Of a stretch of 64,000 nucleotides of DNA, positions 1-8,098 are shown in pieces (positions within the stretch are counted from its first letter, which is position 1; every line of letters starts with the position of its first letter). The translations under genes and the position numbers were made by a program. This DNA is from an uncultured Verrucomicrobiae bacterium (GTDB lineage: Bacteria > Verrucomicrobiota > Verrucomicrobiia > Chthoniobacterales > JAFAMB01). Where the stretch lies: the NCBI GenBank assembly GCA_963793135.1, contig CAWBYX010000028.1:119886-183885 (forward strand), written 5' to 3'. The notes below the pieces were generated by a model that saw nothing but the letters and a program-made list of their open reading frames with translations, searched no databases and had not been told where the DNA came from.

Positions 1-510
1 CAACCACGGGTCGATTTCGTGGCGTGAGACGGGACCGTTGTGGTGCGTGGTGCGGCGCAGCAACCGGGCGATGAACTCAATCGCCAATGGGTGATTCTGT
101 TTCATCGCCCTTTGGAAAGCGTTGCCATCGAGTGTCCCGACATTGGCGAGCACAAGTTCTTTGAGTTCCTGTCCAAAGTTCATAGCATTCGCGCTCACCT
201 GCCAAGCGCCGGCCTCGATGGTGTCTGGCGTGACGGAAGTTGGGTTGGTCGTGTCGCGGCCTTCGTTCCAGTTCCACGAGGATTCAAAGCCGGCGAGCAC
301 GCGCAGCACTTCCAGCATGACAGCGCGTCGATGGGGGACGCCCTCCCAGGGCCCGAGCGTATCAATCACGCTGGAATAAATGTCGTTGAACGGATCGGGC
401 GCGAATATCTCGTCAGGTGAGCGCCTTCCCCATATAACGAGCTGATCTAGAAAGTCGTCGGGTGCAACGCCTCTATTTGCGACGTGTTGTTTGGTGGCGA
501 TAAAGTGCAT
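1..510 (-). CDS. Partial ORF (first 170 codons, runs off the window start): lysozyme-like / lytic-transglycosylase-like hypothetical protein
   Basis: My own reverse-strand translation from ATG at 510-508 is stop-free to position 1. It reads MHFIATKQHV...LAGFESSWNWNEGRDTTNPTS...EAGAWQVSANAMNFG. It is absent from the supplied ORF track because it has no stop in the window. The E-S ... (A/G)xxQ(V/M)S pattern resembles SLT/lysozyme-like catalytic motifs. The family assignment is a guess. Confidence 0.4.
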   Translation of the reverse strand, partial: MHFIATKQHVANRGVAPDDFLDQLVIWGRRSPDEIFAPDPFNDIYSSVIDTLGPWEGVPHRRAVMLEVLRVLAGFESSWNWNEGRDTTNPTSVTPDTIEAGAWQVSANAMNFGQELKELVLANVGTLDGNAFQRAMKQNHPLAIEFIARLLRRTTHHNGPVSRHEIDPWL

Positions 511-1119
511 AGGTAGTTGGTAGTTATAATGATTTTGCTTCTGCCGCTGATTACGGCGACGACGTTAGTTACTAGTAGTTAGCTGCGTCCCGGCTTCGGT
601 TAGCAAAGTTTCCTCTCTTTCCCATGTATTGCATTCCCGATCGGTGCTTACTGATTTCAACGAAGAAAGCTGTCCGATCCCTCAGAAAAATTTTCTGATG
701 TGCAAAAACGCATCTTTTCCAAGAAAAGCCTGCGGGCGTGACAAATCTTCATCCAAACGGACTTTGGCGAGATTTCGAGTGATTTTTGCGGGCCAGGCTC
801 CTGAAGACGCCACAATCCGCACCGGTGTGAACTAAAAAATAGCCGAACCTGCGCGCGCAAAGTTTATTGATCGCACTACGATCCTTATTTAGTGGGAGGC
901 ATACCGCCGTCGGCTGCGAATAAAGCCCTCGGCAAGATCAGCCGGCAGCGAAGCTTAGCTCCCCGGATAGCCTTGGAGAAAGTCTTTTCTCTCTGATTCT
1001 AGATTAGCACGGTTGTTCCACTCTATTGGAGTAAGGATCCGTCTGCAGCGCGGTGGCCATTTTCAACTTGTCACGGAGAGTTAAGCTATGCAGAACAGTC
1101 CCTAACATCTGCGCGTTGT

Positions 1120-2289
1120 ATGTTGTGTGAATTCGATGATGCCTCTTGGAATGATCTTTTAACTCGGATTGCCGAGGGCGAGGTTATACCTGTGGTCGGA
1201 CGGGGCGCGGTTACCTTTGGGTCAAGCGATGAGCTTTTATATCCTCGGCTCGCGCGTCGCCTGCCTGCCGAACTTGATCCGCCCTTGACGTTCGAGAAGC
1301 CGCCGATCGATCTGCAGGAAGTCGTCGATGCCCACCGGGCGAACGGGCGGCCCATTGAGCGTATTTACAAGCGTCTCTACAGGATGGTGGAAAACCCCGA
1401 TCTGCGTCCCGGGGTCACGCTTGCTGCGCTTGCCGCCATCGAAGGATTCCAGCTCTTCATCAGCACAACGTTCGATCCCCTGTTGGCACGAGCGGTCGAG
1501 AGCGCCTCGCCTGGCGGGAATCCCGAAGAACGCCGCGGCGCAAGTTCCTTGCGTGACGCCTGTCCCGATCTGCCGTTAGAGCTCTCAAAGATGCAGAACT
1601 CGGACCAACGCTTCGTCTATCAGATCCTCGGCCAGGCCAAAGCCTACCGCGACTTTGTCGTCTGGGATGATGACATGTTTCGCTTCCTCCTGCGCCTCGA
1701 CCAGCAACTCCCTCTGCTTCCAAAGCTCTCTGAAGCTCTCCAGAAGAGCCACTTCCTCGTCCTGGGCCTCAGTTTTACCGACTGGCTTTTGCGCTTCTTT
1801 GTCCAGGTCATCAAACATCAGCCCCTGTCAGAACTCGCCAGCAGCGAACTATACGTTTTCGAAAAGCTCGATTCCGCCGAGCGCGACAAGGTCGTTGTCT
1901 ACTTTAGCCGGCTCAGCAAACAAATCCGCGTCTTCCCTACCGACCCCATTGACTTCATATCCGAACTGCATACTCGCTGGCGTAAGAAGCACCCTGCGCC
2001 GGTGGGAGATCCGTACCTTATGAACAAAGCAAATCGTCAAAAGCAAGGCGCCCGCGGCTGCATCTTTGTCAGCTATGCGTCGCCGGACTTGGAAATCGCG
2101 CGTTTCCTCGTCAGCCAACTTCAGAAGGCCGGTTGTTTGGTCTGGTTCGACAAAGAGCAAATCCAGCCAGGCGAAAATTGGGAGGATGAATTGCACAAAG
2201 CCGTCGAGGAGCGTTGCGGTCTTTTCTTGAGCATTATTTCCACACCACAGCGCAGTCCGGCTCGAAGGCTACAACATTCTCGAACGTAA
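1120..2289 (+). CDS. Longest intact reading frame of the locus: SIR2-like (SIR2_2-type) domain followed by the N-terminal half of a TIR domain
   Basis: 389-aa ORF. SIR2_2-like blocks: VIPVVGRG, LFISTTFDPLLARA, VYQILGQAKAYRDFVVWDDDMFRFL, FLVLGLSFTDWLLRFF. The TIR_2-like block starts at about 2059. The frame is lost at about 2245, inside the TIR domain. Confidence 0.65.
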   Translation: MLCEFDDASWNDLLTRIAEGEVIPVVGRGAVTFGSSDELLYPRLARRLPAELDPPLTFEKPPIDLQEVVDAHRANGRPIERIYKRLYRMVENPDLRPGVTLAALAAIEGFQLFISTTFDPLLARAVESASPGGNPEERRGASSLRDACPDLPLELSKMQNSDQRFVYQILGQAKAYRDFVVWDDDMFRFLLRLDQQLPLLPKLSEALQKSHFLVLGLSFTDWLLRFFVQVIKHQPLSELASSELYVFEKLDSAERDKVVVYFSRLSKQIRVFPTDPIDFISELHTRWRKKHPAPVGDPYLMNKANRQKQGARGCIFVSYASPDLEIARFLVSQLQKAGCLVWFDKEQIQPGENWEDELHKAVEERCGLFLSIISTPQRSPARRLQHSRT

Positions 2290-2619
2290 GCTCGCGGCCA
2301 AACGGCGCGAAAAGCTTGCTGACAATGCCATCTTCTATCTGCCGCTGCGCATTGATGACGGCGACCCGCTCATCCCGGAGAATGAGCCGCGTGGCACCGG
2401 TAAAATCCAAGGCGTTCGCAAGTCCGGGCGGTCATCTCGATGAAGACTTCATCGGCTACCTGCGCGAGAAACAGCGTGAAAACTGCGCAGCCCTCGGCTA
2501 CCCTTGCCGCCAGAATCTCCCGTAGACAATGCCGCTGCCCGATTCAGACGACGGGGTTGCCGTCGCAGTGGTGCTTCTCTTGGCGAGCAAGCTTCCAGCG
2601 CGGCACCTCGCCCTGTGGC

Positions 2620-3850
2620 CGATCTCGAGCACCCGTGGCTTGGGCTGGAAAGTTTTCGGGAGGAAACCCGCGCCTACTTCTTCGGACGAGACACCGAAAC
2701 CGCCGAAATACATCTTCGCTTGCGCAGCCAACCGCTGCTGGTCCTCTATGGCCGCAGTGGCTTTGGGAAAGACGAGCATCCTCAGTGCCGGTCGTGATCC
2801 CGCGGCTGCGCAGAGAGGGCTATCGCGCCTCAATCCATCGGCTTAGATACGAGCAAGAGGATCCTGGCCCGCACGATCAACTCTTATTCCATTTGGGTGT
2901 GCGGGATGTCAACCGCGCTATTCCATTTCCATTGCCCAATGACGCGGCTAGCCGCCTGTGGCTGCATATGCACCGAAAGCTTCCGTGGTCCGGCGTCACC
3001 CACCTCATTCTCGATCAATTCGAAGAAGTTTTCATTGTTGAAACGCAGCGACCGGAGACCGTGGAAGAGGTTCGCGAAGCTCTCGGAATTCTCATCCAGG
3101 GGATCGTTCCTGCGTCAGTAGCCAGACTGTCTCGCTGAGGAAGAGACTTTCTTTGACTACTTCGACCCCGACTCCCAGCCTGTGCGGGTCATTCTCGCCT
3201 TACGCGACGACTACATTTATGCGCTGAACCGCTGGCGACGTCACCTTCCTCAGCTTGGCCAAAACTACTTCGAGCTGCACGCCCTTCGCGGTCCCGCTGC
3301 GTTCGATGCTGTCTTTGAGCCCGCGTCGGCTACGCGCTCACAAGCGTGAAGAAAACGGCACTCTCGTCGACGCCGACACAGGGCTGCCACCGATTGTCTC
3401 CGAGGCCACTGCTAGACGCATCGTTCGTTTCATTGCCGAGAAGAAAGAAGACGTGCCGCTTGAGGAGATAGAAGCCGTCCCACCAATCCTCTCGCTGTTA
3501 TGCCGTGAGCTAAATGAACGCCGCTACCCGCAGCCGCCCGGTGCCTTTGGACCCGCCGATGGCCGAGATAGTGTTTGATGAACGAGATGACAATGTCGAA
3601 ACCATTCTGCGAGACCTTCTACGAGCGCTGTGTGGCAGGTCGTCCGGAAGCTGTGCGCGTCTTCATCGAAGAAGACCTGGTGAGCCACAGCGGTATCCGC
3701 CTGCAAAACGACGAGCACAGCATTGTCGATATCTTCGCCAACGGCTGCGAAGTCCCGGGCGACGAAATGGGTCGATACGCTGCTGGGTATGGCGACCGCG
3801 ACGCTGCAACCGACTGTTTGCGTGAGCTCGTGGTGGCTAGCGGGTGGTAA
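2620..3850 (+). pseudogene. STAND P-loop NTPase module (Walker A region about 2755-2795) in fragments
   Basis: Fragments are spread over frames: ...YGRSGFGK|TSILSAG|VIPRLRREGY..HLILDQFEEVF (Walker-B-like)..|..VRVILALRDDYIYALNRWRRHLPQLGQNYFELHAL..|..IEAVPPILSLLCRELNERR..|..FYERCVAGRPEAVRVFIEEDLVSHSGIRL. This is the pattern seen in NTPase-WD40/TPR STAND proteins. Confidence 0.55.
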
Positions 3851-4710
3851 CGGCCTCAGGGATAATATGGCGCGAATCTGGGATGGGCGATCCCAACGCA
3901 TGAGGAACCGTGCGGCTGACGGCTGGGTTTATTCAGCGCCTTCGGTGCGGATGGCCAACGGTGTGACGGCCTCAAGGTAAGACGGCGCGAGTATGGGTGC
4001 GGCGACCGGGAAGCATCGGGGAACCGATGCGGCTGAGGGCGGTTCTTTCAGCGCAGTTCAGCGCGGTGGCCGACGGTGGTGACAGCTTCAGAGGATAAGA
4101 CGGCGCGAGTATGGGATGCGGCGACCGGGAAAGCATCGGGGAACCGATGCGGCATGAGGAGGCGGTTCTTTCAGTGCAGTTCACTACGGATGGCCAACGG
4201 GTGGTAACAGCTTCAGAGGATAAGACGGCCCGAATCTGGGATGCGGCGACCGGTAAAGCATCGGGGAACCGATGCGGCATAACGGCTGGGTTTACAGCTC
4301 AATTCAGTGCCGATGGCCAACGGGCGGTGACGGCGTCAGAAGATACGACGGCGCGAGTTTGGGATGTGGTGACCGGGAAAGCATCGGGGAACCGATGCGG
4401 CATGAGGACGCAGTCATTTCAGCGCGGTTCAGTGCGGACGGCCAACGGGTGGTGACAGCCTCAGAGGATAAGACGGCGCAAGTCTGGGATGCGCCGACCG
4501 GTAAAGCAATCGGAGAACCAATGCGGCATGACGGTCGGTTAATGCCGCGCAGTTCAGTGCGGATGGCCAACGGGTGGTGACAGCCTCAGAGGATAAGACG
4601 GCCCGAGTCTGGGATGCGTCGACCGGTAACGCAATCGGGGAACCGATGCGGCACGAGGACGCGGTTCGTTCGGCGCAGTTCAGTGCGGATGGCCAGCGGG
4701 TGTGACCGCC
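3850..4710 (+). repeat. About 7 tandem WD40-encoding units with near-identical DNA; unit spacing is off-frame
   Basis: The anchor 'gaccgg(g/t)aa(a/c)gca' occurs at 4004, 4123, 4248, 4371, 4496 and 4621. Spacings are 119/125/123/125/125 nt instead of an in-frame 126. The units encode variants of [27 protein letters not shown](I/V)WDA.TGKA. Confidence 0.85.
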
Positions 4711-4798
4711 TCATGGGAAAGAGGGCGACCGGATGCGGCAGACCGGAACGAACGGGGAACGAGAGGACGAGGACGCGATTAATTAAACCCAGTTAACC

Positions 4799-5275
4799 CT
4801 AAAAAGGTATATCGTCCGGCTCGGTGTCCAGGTCCGGGTCGCGCGGTTCGGGCCGGGCAGGGGGAGCGGACGTGGTGGGAGTGCGGCGAGGTGCGGAAGC
4901 CGAGAACGAGCCGGAAGCGGGGGAGCCGCCCTCAGCATCTTGCCGGCTGCCCAGCAGTTGTAGATTTTCGGCGACCACCCGAAGCCGGGAACGTTTTTGG
5001 CCAGTTTGCTTGTCGTCCCAGCTGTCCAATTGGAGACGACCCTCGATAAAGACCGGGCGGCCTTTTTTCAGATACTGCCCGGCAACCTCCGCCTGTCGTG
5101 CCCAAAGCGTGACGTCGACAAATGTCACTTCCTCCTTCTTTTCACCGTCTTCTCCTGAGTAGACCCGGTTGACTGCAAGACCAATCTCCGTGACCGCAGT
5201 GCCCTTGGGTGTGTAGCGCACCTCAGGATCGCGAGTGAGATTGCCGATTAAGAGGACGCGGTTGAGATTTGCCAT
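4799..5275 (-). CDS. ssb: Single-stranded DNA-binding protein
   Basis: OB-fold N-terminus MANLNRVLLIGNLTRDPEVRYTPKG, a Gly/Pro/Ser-rich tail, and the acidic tip DDIPF. Confidence 0.95.
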   Translation of the reverse strand: MANLNRVLLIGNLTRDPEVRYTPKGTAVTEIGLAVNRVYSGEDGEKKEEVTFVDVTLWARQAEVAGQYLKKGRPVFIEGRLQLDSWDDKQTGQKRSRLRVVAENLQLLGSRQDAEGGSPASGSFSASAPRRTPTTSAPPARPEPRDPDLDTEPDDIPF

Positions 5276-5284
5276 AAGCGATGT

Positions 5285-5602
5285 CTAGGCTTTCGAAGTT
5301 CGGGCAGGTACCTTAAGCGGTAACCTCTGATAATGCTGGAGAAAAATGATGGGATCGAGCTTAAATTTGCCGCGCAGCTTGGTGATCAAAGTTGGATCTG
5401 CTTCGAAAATAAAATTGACGTAATAGGCGGAGTCAAGGTGACGGGGGCTGTACGCCAGAGGGCGTTTATCCATTTTTTGGACTTGTTCCACCTCGGCGCC
5501 CTCTTTCGCAAAGTCCGATTCCAGACGTTCGATGATCTCTTTCACGCTGTCTTCCTGGCCATGAGTATCAACGGCCAGCAAGCATTCATAACGATTGTTC
5601 AT
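5285..5602 (-). CDS. rpsF: 30S ribosomal protein S6
   Basis: 105 aa with a YECLLAV..-type S6 N-terminus, immediately upstream of ssb. Confidence 0.92.
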   Translation of the reverse strand: MNNRYECLLAVDTHGQEDSVKEIIERLESDFAKEGAEVEQVQKMDKRPLAYSPRHLDSAYYVNFIFEADPTLITKLRGKFKLDPIIFLQHYQRLPLKVPARTSKA

Positions 5603-5614
5603 AATGTTTCAATA

Positions 5615-6175
5615 TTATTCTGCTCTGTTGTAACTGTTCATCGCCGAGGCGATCCCTTGCTCCGCGACATGCTCAATGGCCTCTGCCGCACGCTCGATTG
5701 CCCTCTCCATGGTTGGCTTTTCCAACCGGTCGAATTCACCCAGGACATGGTCGCTCAAGGCTTCCGCACTCGAACCGCCAATCCCAACCCTCAAGCGCAT
5801 AAAGTTCTCGCCCAGATTGACGATCATCGATTTCAACCCGTTGTGGCCGCCGTCGCTTCCAGTTGGCCGCAGCCGGAGCCGGCCAAGCGGCAGAGCCACA
5901 TCATCGACCACGACCAGGATCTCTTCCGGCTGAACCTTAAAGTAACGCGAGAATTTGCCAATGACATCTCCCGTTCGGTTCATATAGGTCAGTGGCTTGA
6001 TCAAAAGGATGTCGCCCCATTTTCCCAATTCTGAGCTCCAAGCCGCCGATCTTGAAAAAGTCACCCTGTTTTTTCCCGCCAAACAATCGAGCACCATGAA
6101 GCCAACGTTATGCCGCGTGCCGCTATACTGGAGCCCAGGATTTCCCAGGCCAGCTACGAGACGCAGACTAGCCAT
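5615..6175 (-). CDS. pth: Peptidyl-tRNA hydrolase
   Basis: LVAGLGNPG..Y..TRHNVGF motif, 186 aa. Confidence 0.93.
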   Translation of the reverse strand: MASLRLVAGLGNPGLQYSGTRHNVGFMVLDCLAGKNRVTFSRSAAWSSELGKWGDILLIKPLTYMNRTGDVIGKFSRYFKVQPEEILVVVDDVALPLGRLRLRPTGSDGGHNGLKSMIVNLGENFMRLRVGIGGSSAEALSDHVLGEFDRLEKPTMERAIERAAEAIEHVAEQGIASAMNSYNRAE

Positions 6176-6181
6176 GGACAG

Positions 6182-6850
6182 TTAAGGCTGAGGAGTCTCC
6201 TGTTTGGCTTCTCCCTTCTTCTCGGTGATGACCTCGGGAGCCGCCGGGGTTTCCGCGGTTTCTGTGACTTCTTCGCCCACCCGCGAAGCAACCACACTGA
6301 CAACGGTCAAATCTTCAGGGGTGAGTGATTCAACGCCTGAAGGAAGAGGAATATCGCGGACGTGAAGCGATTCGCCGATATTCAAGTTGGTCACATCGAT
6401 CCGAACGATTTCAGGCAGATCTTGCGGGAAACATTCGACTTCCAGCGTGCGTAAAGAATGTTCCAGCAGTCCACCGAAGGTTCTGACTCCCAAGGCGTCA
6501 CCGACGGCTTCAATCGGAACTTCGGAGGTGATCTTCTCGGTTGCGGAAACGGCATGAAAATCGACATGGAGCAATTCCGGCCGTAAAGGGTGATGCTGCA
6601 CTTCCTGAATCAGGGCCAGTCGATTGGTGCTTTGGCTGCCGTCCGCGATCTCCAGTTCCACTAAAACGTGTTCGCTCAAGGCGTGTGCAAGCACGTTGGT
6701 CAGGGCACGGCCTTCCACTTGAAGGGCTATTGGCTCCCCCTGCGAGCCATAAATGACGCCGGGAACCAATCCTTGTGCTTTGATCTTCTTTATAGCGTTC
6801 CGACCGACTACGGTCCGTTTTTCCGCTTTCAGCTTAACTTGTTGAGCCAT
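6182..6850 (-). CDS. rplY: 50S ribosomal protein L25 / general stress protein Ctc
   Basis: N-terminus KAEKRTVVGRNAIKKIKAQGLVPGVIYG plus an acidic C-terminal extension. Sits in the classical prs-ctc-pth order. Confidence 0.9.
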   Translation of the reverse strand: MAQQVKLKAEKRTVVGRNAIKKIKAQGLVPGVIYGSQGEPIALQVEGRALTNVLAHALSEHVLVELEIADGSQSTNRLALIQEVQHHPLRPELLHVDFHAVSATEKITSEVPIEAVGDALGVRTFGGLLEHSLRTLEVECFPQDLPEIVRIDVTNLNIGESLHVRDIPLPSGVESLTPEDLTVVSVVASRVGEEVTETAETPAAPEVITEKKGEAKQETPQP

Positions 6851-6856
6851 GATTCT

Positions 6857-7819
6857 TTAGATTTGTTTTGCGTTGATCTCGAAAAGTGAACTCACCGATT
6901 CGTTGGTGTAAATCCGGTGAATGCCTTCAGCGAGGATCTCAGCGATCGAAAGGACGGTGATGTGACATTGCGGGTGGAGTTTGACCGGAGTGCTATCGGT
7001 GGTGATTAGTTCCTTAATTTCCGATTTTATCAGTCTCTCGTGGGCGATCTCGGTAAAGACAGCGTGGGAAACTCCCGTGTAGATATCTTTGGCACCATAT
7101 TTTCTCAACAGGCTGGCTGCGTTGGTCAGGGTGCCGGCGGTTTCCGTCAGGTCATCCACCATGATGACGTTTTTGCCGTCCACCTCGCCAATTACCGTCA
7201 GGGCCTCTGTTTCGGTAGGACTGATCCGTCGTTTAGCAACGATTGCCAGTGTCGCTCCCAGAGCCTCGGCGTAGGCAGATGCCAATTTCAGTCCGCCGAC
7301 ATCTGGCGAGACGACGGCCAAGTTCTCGATCTTTTTCTGGCGGATATAGCGGATCAGGACCGGTGCAGCGTAAAGATGATCGACCGGGATGTCGAAAAAT
7401 CCCTGGATCTGTTGGGCATGCAAATCGAGTGTCAACACTCGGCTGGCGCCGGCGGCGACAAGTAAATTGGCGACCAGTTTGGCCGTGATGGGGACGCGCG
7501 GCTGATCTTTGCGGTCTTGGCGAGCATACCCAAAATAGGGAATGACCGCTGTGATGCGATAGGCGCTTGCGCGTCTGGCCGCATCGATCAGGATCAGGAG
7601 CTCCATCAAATTCTGGTTGGTGGGGGGGCAGGTTGGTTGAACGATGTAAATGTCGCGACCACGGATATTTTCGTTGATCTTAACCCGCGTCTCCCCGTCC
7701 GGAAAAGAGCTGACAACAGCGTCGCCGAGGGGGGCGCCGATTGCCTGACATATTCTCGTGGCCAGATCGCGATGCGCTGATCCAGAAAATATCTTCATTT
7801 CTCGGTTAAATGGTGTCAT
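6857..7819 (-). CDS. prs: Ribose-phosphate pyrophosphokinase
   Basis: MKIFSGSAHRDLA..., DRKDQPRVPITAK, and the PRPP-binding loop VIMVDDLTETAGT. The ORF-track N-terminal extension (to 7969) runs through a repeat element. The likely start is M at 7819 or 7798. Confidence 0.9.
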   Translation of the reverse strand: MTPFNREMKIFSGSAHRDLATRICQAIGAPLGDAVVSSFPDGETRVKINENIRGRDIYIVQPTCPPTNQNLMELLILIDAARRASAYRITAVIPYFGYARQDRKDQPRVPITAKLVANLLVAAGASRVLTLDLHAQQIQGFFDIPVDHLYAAPVLIRYIRQKKIENLAVVSPDVGGLKLASAYAEALGATLAIVAKRRISPTETEALTVIGEVDGKNVIMVDDLTETAGTLTNAASLLRKYGAKDIYTGVSHAVFTEIAHERLIKSEIKELITTDSTPVKLHPQCHITVLSIAEILAEGIHRIYTNESVSSLFEINAKQI

Positions 7820-7876
7820 AGCCAGGCGAAAGGAACACAGAGTGTAATACTGAAATCTGGTTTTGCAAGAGGGGAC

Positions 7877-8094
7877 GGGGCGTTCGGCGTTGGGTTCAGC
7901 GTTGCTTTCACGGCGTTTTTCGGCGGCGGTTGGGTACGACTCCGGCCGGGCTCCGGTCTTGTCGAACACGTCACCCCCTCAAGATTAGTCGTGTGGCCAG
8001 GCATACCGCGTGCGGACGAATTGCGGGTGCTCGAACGCATGAACGCTGAACGCCGGCTGAACGCTGAGCCTACGCTACCAACGCCGAACGCCTC
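7877..8094. repeat. Imperfect inverted repeat in the dnaE-prs spacer, built from GCGTTCGGCGTT / TTCAGCGTT oligomers
   Basis: 7879-7893 'ggcgttcggcgttgg' is the exact reverse complement of 8078-8092 'ccaacgccgaacgcc'. 'ttcagcgtt' / 'aacgctgaa' blocks flank it on both arms. Confidence 0.6.
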
Positions 8095-8098
8095 CTGT

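Larger units (their letters stand above)
1120..4720 (+). pseudogene. Decayed NLR-like (STAND) defence-type gene: SIR2-like + TIR + P-loop NTPase + WD40 array, broken by at least 12 frameshifts/stops downstream of about 2245
   Basis: Recognisable protein segments continue across all three + frames in one consistent order. They are: SIR2-like; TIR (CIFVSYASPD...WFDKEQIQPGENW...LFLSIIS, then EGYNILERKLAA...FYLPLRIDDGDPLIPE in another frame); STAND N-terminus (HPWLGLESFREETRAYFFGRDTETAEIHLRL..LLVLYGRSGFGK / TSILSAG / VIPRLRREGY in three different frames); helical NTPase body; then WD40 units. Confidence 0.7.

Noticed and set aside
40-420. 126-aa plus-strand ORF at the window start
   Set aside because: The minus strand carries a longer stop-free frame (510..1) with a plausible ATG and lysozyme-like motifs, so the plus-strand ORF is its shadow.
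4799-5602. Insertion of the defence-type locus into an rpsF-ssb-rpsR-rplI operon
   Set aside because: rpsR and rplI are absent downstream of ssb. However, that operon order is not universal, and I see no truncated rpsR remnant, so the idea is unsupported from this window alone.
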